64,000 nt of DNA from the NCBI RefSeq assembly GCF_006345805.1, contig NC_042997.1, forward strand, positions 184,636,001 through 184,700,000. The letters run 5' to 3'. Below are positions 39,806 to 53,855 of the stretch, piece after piece (the first letter of the stretch is position 1; each line of letters opens with the position of its first letter). Made by a program: the position numbers and the translations under genes. The notes below the pieces were generated by a model. The model was not told where the DNA came from. It did not search any database and saw only the letters and a list, made by a program, of their open reading frames with translations. The stretch is from Octopus sinensis. Lineage: Eukaryota.

Positions 39806-39939
39806 TACACACAACTAAACGCTTTTTACCCTTGTCCCCGCTCACGTGGCTTTTCTCCTATTACTGAAGCTATATATTTGCTAGCGAAGACACATATTAA
39901 GCTGAATTCCTTTGTTGGTCGGAATTAATATCTGTCGGA

Positions 39940-39953
39940 GTTGCCATAGTAAC
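39940..39953. promoter_or_regulatory. RFX X-box
   Basis: GTTGCCATAGTAAC matches GTHNYY-AT-RRNAAC. A CACGTG E-box lies about 100 bp upstream and more than 1 kb of largely repeat-free sequence follows. Confidence 0.5.
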
Positions 39954-41634
39954 AGACAACATTAATATAACCGTTCGAGCTGATTTTAGACAGTAGAGAA
40001 GTTTAATACTTCGTCTCTGATCGATTTCTATCCATCTGTCCATCTAAAAGCAACTATAGCAGCAAAGCAACATCGACAAGAACAACAGAAAGAAAAAACT
40101 GATCGAAGTCTTCGTCTTGCACTTAACTTTATTATTGTACTATATTTGTAATTAATGCCGAAGCGGCGAGCGCTGTTGATTAGTAATAAGTTGAGACCAT
40201 AACATTACTTTATTTTCGTTGGAAATTTCCTTTAGGAAAAGCATGAAGTTTTCAAAATCCCACTTCCAGTCTCCTCTAATTAGGCTAGAAATCAATGAGA
40301 TCTATTTTCAGGGCCTCGTAAACATCGTACAATTGGACTAATTTCCACCAGAGTTTGAATATCTACGAATCAGTTTCAATTCCTGTCATTTAGTTTTTCG
40401 CGATGCACTATTTATGCGAAGCCAATCCTAGTCATTACAAACGGTTGGTTGTTGTTGTGATTTCCTCGTTTCTTTCTTTTACAACCTCTTGGCTTTCATT
40501 CTTCTGAAAAATGACGATAAATTGAGTTCGAGAATAATTATGCTTTGGAAAGACTTAAGCGAATCGTACAAGTAGAGCTATACAACAGCTATACAACAGC
40601 TATACAACAAAACAACAGCAACCACCATCAATAACAACAACTACAACAACAGTACCAAGAGCAACAAAATTAACATATGCCATTCAAGTCTGTGATGAAA
40701 GCATAAATATATCAATAACTTGCAAAGTCACGTTTCTGAAAATAATCTCATACTAAATTTCATTTCCTCAGTAAAGGCAATGAAGTAGTTTGAAAAAGCA
40801 TCTTATCGGAGATTAAACCAAGAATGCATTCTTCAGGACCGGTAAAAACCGCTATTTACAGAAAGGAATCACTTGTGTAAAACGTGTTGCCTTGTTAAAG
40901 TATTGGTTCAATTGATTTCAAACAATCGAAAATCGAGTCAGCGATACGACGTCACACATTCCATGCACTTGGAGATTGCATTTTGATTTACAGAACGCAA
41001 ACAACCTAGTAGAGAATACCATTTCCATTTCAATCCACTACATTCAGTTCACGTAGAACTTTGGCCTTGTGATATTTATGGATATTGTATCATTGTTACT
41101 ATAATTACTTTATAACCAAGGGCCGCTTTTGCAGAGCAGGAGCTAAGCTCTTCTTGGGTCAAGTTTGTAAGTCAACCGCCTTCAACTCCCAAATGCGATT
41201 TAAGTTGTTTTACTATTCACTTCATTCAGCTTTGTAATACTTTTGATTTCTGCTCTATTGTACTGAGAATAAATAATTGGTATTGATATTTGACAAAGGC
41301 ACATGACCACAAATTTTGGAGGCTGTGTATAATCGATTAAATCAGCCTCGGTATTTGACTGCTATTGAATTGAAGGCATAGAGAATAAAAACAGTGAATC
41401 TTACTAGCGTTTAAACGAAAGACGTAAATCTTATATAAAACCGAATGTGTGTATGTGTGTTTAAAGCCATAGGTCACATCAGTTTAGGAAGCTTTGAATT
41501 AGGCACGTCTTTTCAAAGCGAAGGTTATAGGCTTATGAGACTTACTCGGATACATTCTTTAAACCATAGCAAGAAGAGATACTACTGTTCGTAACCAATA
41601 TCCATTGCCTAAATAATATCCTCTTGTCTTTGTC

Positions 41635-42032
41635 CTTTATCTTTTATCTTTAATCTTTTACTTGTTTCAGTCTGTAGACTGCGGCCATGCTGGGGCACCA
41701 CCTTGAAGAATTTTTAGTCGAATGAATTGACCCCAGTACTTTTCTCTTTTTAAAGCCTAGGATTTATTCTATCGGTCTCTTTTGCCAAACTGCTAAGGTA
41801 CGGGGACGTAAACTAACCAATACCGGTTGTCAAACAGTGGTGAAGGACAAACATAGACACAAAGACACGCACACACACATATACGATAGGCTTCTTTCAG
41901 TTTACGTTTACCAGATCCACCCACAAGGCTTTTTGTCGGCTGGGGTTACAGTGGAAGACACTCAAGGTGCCACGCAGCGGGACTGAACCCAGAAGTATGT
42001 TGTTGAGAAGTAAACTTCTTGCGACATAGCCA
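41635..42032 (-). mobile_element. SINE family A (older copy)
   Basis: Diverged match including the tail stem-loop. Confidence 0.8.
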
Positions 42033-44346
42033 CCAAAATGTTAATCATACAGGAAAAAATATGCAGAATATAATATGATGATAATGCACGTAACCTTTCT
42101 GTTATCTGTAACTTCGATCTAAACTCTTCCCTGCCAGTCACATGGTCTGTTTGAAATAGCAACAAAATATCCTTCCCATCATACCCTACGGTTTTGAAAA
42201 AGGAAAAACTTGTTTAAACAATGCAATCCGGTATATATAACAAGACATGCAATAGTCATGACTGCAGATACTTGTGTTTGCCGAAATATAATTCATGTAG
42301 CTGCAAAATCATGTGGCTGCAAATTGATTGTTCAGTGTTTATTTGCCTATAGGCAACAGCAACGTGCCATACATGCTAGCAATACTGCTATTTGATCATA
42401 CATTTATCTCACAGACAGTAACTGATACTGATTGAAATTTCTTTTATATTCCATAATGTGAATCTTACGCTTTATGATGTAGGTTCGTTAACATAACGCA
42501 TGTGATATCGACACGAAAAATCACGAGAGATTATGAGGTCCATTAAATGTAGTGAACTGGCGGTTTTAATCGGGAGCTGTTAAAGACCTGCTACAGTAAT
42601 GTACGGAGCAGTTCCTTTTTATATCTGGTGAACGTTTCCGTAATGCTGAAAGAGAGTTTGAAAGAGAGCCACAACGGAAGAATGCTCTCGTTGTCTGTGT
42701 TCGTAAATGAGTCGTATGGCTGTGAGAGATATCAAGAGAAGGAGGTGGGGGCTTGAAGGATATATTGCTAGGAACTAAATGTGATTGATAATTTGATTTC
42801 TGAAAATGGTGCCCTAGGACCATTTACCTCGTTTGCTGGAATGATCAGAATAGTTTGTGTACAAGGCTGCAGATCTCTTTTAATTAATAGAAGTAGGTGG
42901 AATGGGAGTGGGGTATTGTGGGGGTGGGACAGTAATATTTCGAAACGAGCCATTATTGGCTTACTTTAAATCGAATACCTACAAAAATCAAACCAAATCA
43001 ACTCTATCTACGGCAGTTCAAGATGCTACTATAAACTGATTTATATAGTGTGTGTGTATATAGGAATAATAATTTTTGAGTTACGGTATAGTGTATAATA
43101 GAGTCGGATGCTTTGAAGTACACCATATACTGGTAATGTGCGTTAAGTTCAAAGACTAGCTTGTGATAATAATTTATAGTTTCCAGATTATTAACTCTAC
43201 CACCACTGTGTATGTATTTTTCACCAAATCTGCATCAAAGTGAATCACATTCACTTAAGGAAACCTACTCCAGTGTATACACACATACACGCACACGCAT
43301 ACATACACACATATACACTCACTCACTCACTCACTGTGTTAAGAATAGCCCCTGAATAATTCAGAGTTTTGCGTGTGTCACTCTCCACTGCTGATTTCCA
43401 ATGTTTATTTCTGATTATATTGATAAAAAAAAATAACGTGACCAGATAAACTTTGACTATACTATATACATGGAAAAAAGGAAAAGAGAAAATTATGTAC
43501 AATTAAATAATTTATGAATAAAATTCATTATGCCGCCACCGCTGCTTTGACGATTTTCGCTTGCTACTATTACATTTTCGTGTTTATTTTTTGAACATTA
43601 CACGTCTATAATAGACATTATCACAGAATTAATATAGCGGTGAGTTTGGCTTTCTGTGATGTACCTGCAATACGCATGATGTAGAGATTGCTATTTTACA
43701 CTAATGATAATTCTGTTCCACATCACGAATTTTTATCCAGCCGATCTGTAACATCTGTGATTTTTCAACCACTGTTATACTAACAGCCACAAAAGCTAGA
43801 AATACACATTTAGCAATGACACCCTTGCTACTGAACGATTTCCCTCGACTACTGATATATTTTTCTGTTACTTTTTCCTATATATCTTTCCATATTTAAG
43901 AGACACTACTCCGGACAAATAGTCTAGGTAATTAGACATCCATGGTGTGTCTGCTTTCAATGTGATACCAAGATTGCTATTTTAAACTAACACCACCTCT
44001 GCACATAACGAATTTATGCATACATACATGCATACGTTCATATGTATATAGACATATAATGATACATGCATCTCTCTCTCAATCTCTCACTATGTATCTA
44101 TCTACACATCTATCTATGTGTCTATCTGCCTGTCTGTATATCTATCTTCCTATCTCTCACTATACACAAGCATGCGCGCACACACAGACACACATATTAA
44201 CCTGACTGACCCTCTACACGCAATGACAAGGAATACATTTCTGTTTCCAGTAGAGAGTACAGACTGTTATCACTCATGTTGGTCAAGCATATGTCACCTG
44301 ATACCTTCAGATCGTCTAACGCCCCACAATAGTAGCGGTAAAGCCC

Positions 44347-44830
44347 CTATTTCTTTATTGCCCACAAGGGGCTAAACGTAGAGGGGACAAACAAGGACAG
44401 ACAAAGGGATTAAGTCGATTACATCGACCCCAGTGCGTAACTGGTACTTAATTTATCGACCCCGAAAGGATGAAGGGCAAAGTCGACCTCGGCGGAATTT
44501 GAACTCAGAACGTAACGGCAGACGAAATACGGCTACGCATTTCGCCCGGCGTGCTAACGTTTCTGCCAGCTCGCCGCCTTTCTGACAGATAAAATACCTA
44601 TTTCTATACTCCCCACAAGGGGCTAAACACAGAGGGGACAAACAAGGACAGAAAAACAGAATAAGTCGATTAGATTGACCCCAGTGCATAACTGCTACTT
44701 ATTTAATCGACTCTGAGGGATGAAAGGCAAAGTTGACCTCGACGGAATTTGAACTCAGAACGTAGCAGCAGACGGAATAATGCTAAGCATTTCGCCGGTC
44801 GTGCTAATGTTTCTGCCAGCTCGCTGTCTT
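44347..44830 (-). mobile_element. Family E tandem pair
   Basis: Two headed copies in the same orientation. Confidence 0.88.
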
Positions 44831-45674
44831 AAAACTCTACGTTACATATTGTCGCCAACATCGTGTCTGCTACCCAACGTGTGGCATCCAATATGAAATT
44901 ACTGTTGCTAAAATGTCACCCACTATAAAATGCCAGTTGACTAGCAGAAACATTCATATCAGTTCTTCTACATGAAGCTTCTAAATTTTGGAACTGATGT
45001 CACTCAGAGACCGAAAACAAACATGTGAGCTGAAGCAATGGTGTTCTAAATGCTCTCAACTTGAAACGATGTCAAATATCTTTTCCATTTCCTTCTCTGT
45101 GAATCGGAACTTATGACGTTAAGTATGTGTTTTACGCTCGCGATACTAAATAATGTAGAGTTGAGACAAAGTGTTATTTCATGTAATTGTATGTATGATA
45201 AACACACATATACTTAATAGATAATAATATTTATGTAAATAATCTCGTACATACATACTCACACGCACGCACGCATGCGCACACACTTGTATGTATATAT
45301 GTATTTTTATGTATGCATATATATGTATGTCTCTGCCTCACACGGTTTTTAATTATAAAACTAAAAATACACAATGAAATAAAATATATCATAAATACAA
45401 TATATATATAGTCATACACAAATCATAATGCATTTCTATGAATATGCATTCTATCAATATACAAATTGTGTGTGTGTGACCCCCTTCGGTTATGAATGAC
45501 CATGGGATTGCACCTAGAAAGTTACCCTCCGAGGCACAAGTCTGAGCAAGGCTGTTTATGGAAGACTAGCAATCACCCATGCATACCAGCCTCCCCTCTC
45601 CATGCCACCAGTGTTATCGACGGGAAAGGCAAAGGTTGATACAGCTTGGCACCAATGACGTCGCAACACATTTA

Positions 45675-45984
45675 TTAATGTGTAAGTGGCTGAGCACTCC
45701 ACAGACACATGTACCCTTAACGTAGTTCTCGAGAAGATTCAGCGTGACACAGTGTGACAAGGCTAGCCCTTTGAAATACAGGTACAACAGAAATAGGAAG
45801 AAAGAGTGAGAGACAGTTGTGGTGAAAGACTACAGCAGGGTTCACCCCCCTCCCACCTGCCCGGGCCTCGTAGAGCTTTAGGTGTTTTCGCTCAATAAAC
45901 ATTCACAATGCCTGGTCTGGAAATCGAAACCGCGACCATATGACCGCGAATCCGCTGCCCTAACCACTGGGCCATTGCACCTCC
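45675..45984 (-). mobile_element. Family B / tail A SINE
   Basis: Reverse-complement match to 37762-38030. Confidence 0.85.
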
Positions 45985-48213
45985 ACTCACGCACACACAC
46001 ACGCACACGCGCAAACACGCACGCACACACACACACACGCACAAATACACACATATATATAATAAAAGATACAATATCTGTAATATAATCTAATATAATA
46101 ATATGTAAGCCCCCACACATATATTATATATAAGTGTATGTAGCAGAAACGTATTAGAGCATGATAATATGAATGTAACAAATGCTTGTGAAAATGTCAG
46201 AAATAATAGCGACAGAAGCAGTATTAACACCAAAGGTAATATTAATCCCCACTTAAAAGTGGGTGTAGTGTAAGAACACAAAATACTGCATTATTTATCA
46301 CCAGAGAGCCTCTCATATGAACTCGTGGTGCATATAAGCGCTCGTTTTTATATCGTTAGCGGGAGATAATCATCCGCTACCATCGCAGGAACTACGAGAT
46401 TAAGTGATTTCGTTTCTTCTTGGGTTTATCAATGGCGGGCGGCTGCGGCTAGAGATAGCAGTGTTTTATCCGTCAGCATATAAAAAAGAACTTTCATTTT
46501 AAATACCTACTGTTTTATAACTTGGGTACACGTGTTTCATGAGATACATTTCCCGGGTCCTAAACCACTCTGTGTTTTGCTAGAACCCTTCTTAAAATGT
46601 AACCCAAATCATTAGGCCCTTATATCACTTTATCATCTTTCAATACTATAAACTACATTTTAATTTTTTTAAACCCATAAGTATGTGTAAAATAGGTACG
46701 TGTAAATTAGTATATATATATATATATATATTGTTATATTTCGGAATGGTCATATTGCCAGTTTAGCCAATAAAAACACACGCACTATATATTTGGTGTT
46801 ATTTTGCTTCAGTGTTATTTATTTTTTACATTAATCTTAATCTTATTTCGGCCAGAGTTCTTTCGTCACACTCCTGTGACCGCATCAGTTGTCCTTTGTT
46901 TTCTTCTCTCTTATTTGTGTCTCTCCTTACTAACCGTCAGCCATTTTGTATTTCTATTGTATGTCTTCACTTGCGCATGCTTATATCTATATACTAATTT
47001 ACATACATGCATACATATATTGACTTCATCGTCTAAAAGTGGTCGGTGTAGGAAATACATCATATTGCACTCATTGTAACATTCGCAACCTGTTTAGTTC
47101 AACTTCCATTATTATGTTTCACGGTAAACACCGTTGCTCATTATATCTCTTATCTTCGTAATTCTGGACGGATATTAATTTGTTCTGTATCTGTCCCTGT
47201 CCCAACCCGTGTGTACTGCTCTGCACCTATTTTCTTATTTTCGCTGTGATCTCTACTATCTTAATACCTTTTCTCTCTATCCGCGTCTTTCTGCTAATAT
47301 AACCGAATCGGTTGGCATGAACCATGGGCTCCATTCAGGTATTGTGTGAGAAGCTTGCTTTGCAACGAGTTTTCGGGTTCGATCTCAGTTCGTGGCATCT
47401 TGAGCAAATGGCACTTCCCATAAATTAGGAGTGAAACTGGGTTGACAGAAATTAAACAGAAATCCGTCGAATGGTGTGGACCTGTAACTTTATGGTATAG
47501 CCTTTTCATGCACATCCTGTCACGCTGATTCCACCTGAGAATTAAGTTATGTTTTGGAATACTCAGCCATTTACCTATTAATACACTGATCTGTTGATCG
47601 AAAAACTGGATCGTCATCGAGCAAAGGACTATTCACTCACGTACAGACATTCTCACCTACACATGCATATACAAGTGTGCGCGTGTTCCTATATGTACAA
47701 TGAAGCAGTGATAATAAGAAGGAACGAGTGAAGCAGACAGTTAATGTGAAAAATAAAAATAAAAATAAGGAAAAAGAAATAAAGCACAAGGAAAATATTT
47801 AGAAATGATATAGGAAGAAAAAAAAATCAAAATGTCAACATAAAAAAATATAAAAGTGTTTAAAACAATTATAAATGATGAAAAAATAGTGAAAAGAAAT
47901 AGCTTATATACTTGAAAACAAGATGGTAAACACACCGGTGTTATAATCTGTCAGGAAAAAAATAACTAAACGCGTCTTACTTTTTTCTGTTTTCGTTCTT
48001 ATATTTTTGCGACGTCTGGTGATCGATTGATGGGCGTAGGTCAAGAGCGACCAGCTATATGTCTATCTATTGAAAAAGTTGTCGGATGTTTTCTAATGTA
48101 AGCTGTTTCAAGAGATTAGCAAGTGTTTTGACGTTGGAACTAAAGATAAATAATTATTCTAAAAACTGTATAAATATTGTTTATTATTCTTCTATTTGAT
48201 TTTTGTTTTACAG

Positions 48214-48338
48214 TTGAGAACAACTCCGGAGAAATTCGACCGTTTCTTAGCTATTTTCTCTAAGCTAATAAGTCAAGAAATGTCGAATAAAATATATATG
48301 TTTTCAGTCACGAACACTTCTCGTGATGTATTGTGAAG
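48214..48338 (+). other. Probable non-coding exon
   Basis: TTTTTGTTTTACAG| acceptor and AAG|GTAAGA donor, in unique sequence. Confidence 0.45.
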
Positions 48339-48784
48339 GTAAGAAAAACTCTTGCGGTTTCTTCTCGCATTCATTCATAATTTCAAACACAGGCCGAAGC
48401 AAGCTGATTTGTATGCATACATGTGTGTACACAAACATATAAACTAACACATGCGCACACTTATATACCTGTATACATGTGTGTATATGTATGTTTATAT
48501 ATATATATATTGAGACACTCCTGTCACAACCTGGGGCCTTGAAGACTGCTTTAATACAAGAAAGTATAATAGTCCCTTAATATTTTATATTCAATATTTC
48601 ATCTATTCAATCCATACTTCATTTCATTTTACTATATATATATTATTTATACTATATATTCTATATTCTACATTAATATTATTAAGAATATAAATAAAAC
48701 AAAAAAACAGAGTTGGAATTTCTTTGAATAATATATATCCCTCTATACACAATCATACAAACCTCTTTATATATATATATATAT

Positions 48785-49130
48785 AGGTGGAAGTGTGACT
48801 GTGTGCCAAGAATTTTGCTTCCCTACTACATGGTTCTAGGTTCGGTGACCTAGATCCAGCTTTCGGAGTGGATTTCACAGACGGAAACTGAAAGAAGGCT
48901 GTCATATGTGCGTATGTGTGCGTTCGTCTTAGATTCTGTGTTTGTTCCCTATCATCAGTTGACTAGCGGTTTTAGTGTGTTAATATCCCCGTAACTTAGC
49001 GGTTCGACCAAAAGATTCCGATTGTATCAGCACCAGGCTGTAGAAGAAAGAGATGATTACTACGGCTTGTTCGTTCGATTAGAATAAAATCGGTACCCCA
49101 ATATGGTCACAGTCTAATGACTGAGACATG
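48785..49130 (+). mobile_element. SINE family A (old copy)
   Basis: Diverged head, GACGGAAACTGAAAGAAG core and CCCGTAACTTAGCGGTTCG. Confidence 0.7.
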
Positions 49131-49671
49131 CAATATATATATATTTCCTCGGTCAAGTTCCAGATTATTTTTGCAATCTCAGCTGGTTATACTCGAGATT
49201 GCTCAAATCTGGCCAGCCCCAAGGAAAAACTAAGCTAAGGACATTAGATTCCTTGGAAGAAAGCAGCGAATGTATACGAAAACAAGGACGACAAGAACGG
49301 AAAACGCTACACAAATACAAATAACAGGACATAACAACAGGTGTCTTTCGACTAAGGACGAATTAAATTAATCTGGCGTGTGTGGAAGTAAAGCCTTACT
49401 GCAGGGATACAAGATTTCACAAGCACAGGGAAGAATATAGATGGTGCAAGGACAACGGTCAAACCAAGAAAGAAAGGTCAGGCTTGGCCGAACACCGGTC
49501 ACGTGGGGAGAGAAAAGAGAGGGGTAGAGGCAGAAGGACAGAAGAAATAAGGAGGAGCGAGAAAAAATGACAGGGACGAAAAAATACGGAAAACGTTAAC
49601 AAATACAAATAACCGGACATAACAACAGGTTTTTTCGAATGAAATGAAGCTGGTGTGTGTGTGTGTGCATA

Positions 49672-49745
<74 letters not shown>

Positions 49746-51136
49746 CATACACACACATACATACACGCGCACACGTACTCACGTGCATATACGTATTTAC
49801 AATCTAAAGGTAAATTTTGATAACTCGAAGAACACAACAATATGTTTATTCAATAATTCTGACAGAAACAATTCTGTTCCTTATGTCCAACACTATTCTT
49901 CAAAAAAAAAAAATGACTTATTATTGGATCAAGAACAATAAGAATTCTGTTGTGAGCTACGAAAGTTTGCTGGCATTTGTGGATATACTAAGAAATAATC
50001 GCTCAATTAATAAACTAGGTCAACAAGAAGTAATTAAACTGAACAGCCGTAAATGGTTCACTGCACAACTTACGAAAGTTAACTCTGTGTATGTCTGTGT
50101 GTCTCTCTCTATCTACATATATAAGTGTGTGTGTGTGTGTGTGTATGCATGTATGTATTTACACATGGTAGACTGAGGACATTCTAGCTTAGGAATAATA
50201 ACACAATATCAGCTGATGGGGCTGACTCAATACTGAGGAAAGTTTCAAACTCATTGTAAACTTCATGCTGACTGGAACGTTATATATGTCTCTGAGCGTG
50301 TGTGTGTGTGTGTGAGTGTATGGTGTGTTTGTATGTCTATGTATTTATGTACCAGGTTTATGTGTTGCACGCACACCTATCTTTCTATCTATCTGTCTGT
50401 CTATGTATGTATGTAACTATCTAGTTATCTATCTATGTAACTATCTATCTATAACTTAGCTGTTACTTGCAAGCAAGTATGACATAGGTAGTACCACTCT
50501 TTTGTTAAGTATTTGAGACACCACCTCCTTGGACAAAACTTTCCTTTAAGCAATTTAAGAAAATATGAAGGACAGTTATCACACTTGTTGATTTCCAGTC
50601 TGAATTGAATAAGCTGCTTTATAAATATATAGTAGCTTTTGTCATAAGAGTTTTTCCTTGTAATGCGAAACTCTTTCACTTTCATGGCAGTGAATAAGGG
50701 ATCCACACACACAAACACACTCTAAATACACTGACATACATACGCGCGTACAAACAAATACACAGTCAGACAGACACATTTTTATGCCTTTACTTCGCAA
50801 AGATTTTTGTTGGTTAACCACTGTCAACCATTTACTAGTTTTTCCTACTGCTAAATCTTTCGTAATTTTCTCGAACTCTTGTATCTTCGAGAATTATAAT
50901 GCCTCGTTTCCCTTTCAACATCATCTTAGTCAATAATTGGAATCATGAAACGAAAATATAGAAAAAATAAAAAGGAAAAGAATGGCGGGAAAGCACAAAT
51001 ATGAAAATAATGTAACTCTTGACAAATTACAAAAAAATTCATATGACCTTATATATGATGGCATATTAATATCGATAGCGAATATTGCATTGTCTTGAAA
51101 TATAAAAAAAATGTTTGTAAGTATTCCATATTTTGT

Positions 51137-51446
51137 GGAGGCGCAATGACCCAGTGATTAGGGCAGCGGACTCGCGGTCGGAGGATCGCGGTTTCGATTC
51201 CCAAACCGGGCGTTGTGTGTGTTTATTGAGCGTAAACACCTAAAAGCTCCACAAGGCTCCGAAGGGGGTGGTGGTGACCCCTGTTGTACTCTTTTGCCAA
51301 ACTTTCTCTCACTCTTTCTTCCTGTTTCTTGAGCAACACTGCGATGGACTGACGTCCCGTCCAGTTGTGGGGAATACATACGCCACAGAAACCGGGAAAC
51401 CGGGCCCATGAGCCTGGCTAGGCTTGAAAAGGGCGACGTTTATCGT
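51137..51446 (+). mobile_element. Family B head with tail B
   Basis: Matches 38591-38890. Confidence 0.88.
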
Positions 51447-51721
51447 TTTATTGCATATTTTAATAATTAATATATTTTGAAAATGATATTCGGAGTGGTA
51501 AATACGACCTTTACATAATGTGAGAAAAATCGAAACTCAGACGTGGCCTCCGATCTACTGAGGTGATTTTTGGTGAGATTAGTATTTGTAGCGTGATATT
51601 TTTTTAGAGGTTTATTTGTCTGTTACATATACCTGTAAACATGAATGCATGTGCGCATAAGCATAAACATATATACATGCACACTTATAGACAGATATAT
51701 ATATATATATATATATATGCT

Positions 51722-51793
51722 GGGGATAAAGCTCAGTGGTAGAGCATTCGACTGCAGATCGAGAGGTCCCCGGTTCAATCCCGGGTGCCCCCT
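51722..51793 (+). tRNA. tRNA-Cys (GCA), slightly variant
   Basis: GGGGATAAAGCTCAGTGGTAGAGCATTCGACTGCAGATCGAGAGGTCCCCGGTTCAATCCCGGGTGCCCCCT is 72 nt and folds as a cloverleaf: D arm GCTC/GAGC, anticodon arm TTCGA-CTGCAGA-TCGAG, T arm CCCGG-TTCAATC-CCGGG. It has a U73 discriminator and a TTTT Pol III terminator just downstream. Confidence 0.93.
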
Positions 51794-53210
51794 ATAATTT
51801 TAATGGCGGTGCCCCAGCATGGCCACAGCTCGTGAGCTGAAACTAGATGAAATGAAATGATGAAATGATGTATGTGTATGTGTGTGTGTGCCAGTGTATG
51901 CATCTATGTTTGAGCGGAATATATTGTTTATTTGTATATATATACTTCTGTATTTATCTCCTGTTAGTACAAATAATGTAGTATAGTTGTCTTTGTGTGT
52001 GCTTAAATCAGAATGGAAGTGGATACTTTCACAAATTGACAAATTGTTACATTGTTTCGTATTTCCGCCATTTTGTTCATTTCGTTTAGGAGCCTTGTAA
52101 TGTTTCGTTTTAAGTATTTGTTGATGTAGACACTTCATTTGGCAATCGACTAAAGAGATATTGGTTACCGATAGTTTAAACAGTCCTCAATTAGTAAGTA
52201 CCGTGCTACAAATATCTATTGTCAAAGTTTCAATTTCCGGACATTGAGTGTTAATTGCTTAATCTTTCGTTATTCATGAATTAATGAAGTTAAATTTCAC
52301 TCAATTACTTGTAAGTAAATCTTCCAAATTACTGAATAATTATCCTTTGAAAAGGAAAAGGAAAAAATAAAAACATTTCAGGGTCAGTTCAGTGCATTTC
52401 TAGCCAAGTTCATAGAATGTGCTATAAAAGCTTTCTAAATACGAAAAAAATGAAGAAAAAGCAAAAAAATAAAAAAATAAAAAAAAGCAAAAAGAAATAG
52501 AAATTAGAAGAAATTAGAAGTCGAAGAAATATGTGGTCAATTATGTATGTGGATCATTCGAGCGTTAATTAATTTGTTTTCAGCTGTCTAATAGAAATCT
52601 TTATGAACTTGAAAGGTGGAAAGTGAAGAAAAAAGTAAAAGAGAATAAGATAAGAAAAAAAACCTAAATGAGAATAAAATAAGATAAGAAAAAAAGAAAG
52701 GAAACAAAAAAGAAAAATAAGTAAATTCGAATAAAAATAGAAATTAAACGGTAAGACCAATATACTACAGCAGCGAACGTGAAGGATTCTTCTTCGCATG
52801 AACTACAGAGAGAGTATGGAGAAAATCCAGAATGTGCACATGCCAAGAGGAATACGCATAAACTTACCCACCCATAGAATCATGCATACATATAGATTTA
52901 CACTAGAAGATACATATAAATATATACATTGGAGTAAATAATTAAAATAGGGAATGTTTTGAAGAGTATAGTGGTAATATTATTTTATATAACGCATTCT
53001 GTTAGTTATATATATATATATTTCTTTGTGTACTTCATTTGAAATCAGAGCAGAAATCATTCTGAAGAACATACGGGCATCCCTCTCTAGATACCTTCCT
53101 CCTTCTCTATATTCATGCATATATATATATATATATACTTATTTGTTTTTTAATTTTTTTATTTTATCTAGTTTCAGCTCACGAGATGTGGTCATGCTGG
53201 GGCACCGCCA

Positions 53211-53249
<39 letters not shown>

Positions 53250-53255
53250 GTGTGT

Positions 53256-53288
<33 letters not shown>

Positions 53289-53855
53289 ATATACATATGG
53301 CTGTGTGTGTATCAAAATACATATATGTATCTCTGTGTGTGTATGTACACACATGTGAAGAGATAGAAATTGAGAGACAGTTTACATAACCTGCAATAGC
53401 CACAATAGCATATATCGATGTATGTCGTGCAAAAGCGAAAGCAATGTCAGAATTGAACACTACATTAGTGGGATTAGAGTTACAAATTAAACTCCACGTT
53501 TTGTGTGTTACAGAATAGATATAAAATCTCGGGGTTTAACAATTTTTAGGTTTATATCTTCAAACAATATTCCATAGGTCAGCACACCACATGGAATTAA
53601 TTTTATCCATTTGGACAGCTTCAAATTATCATTTAATGTAAGAACCAAACGTCATCTTCTTTCTCCTTATCGATGTTGGCTTATTTCGTTGACGCAAGAA
53701 CAGATATCTTTTCAGTTGTGGTATCTCCGAATTAATATAATCATTGTGCATTGCTAGTAATTATTTTTGTCATATCGGAGGATTTAAAAGGACTCTGACT
53801 ACGTTGGAATATAAATTTAGAACTAAAGATAAGGATACTAAACACCAATTAATAT

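Noticed and set aside
51802-53211. Inverted 45-bp repeats as TIRs of a 1.4-kb DNA transposon
   Set aside because: The arms are independent solo SINE tails (a third copy is at 61870); no TSD or transposase.
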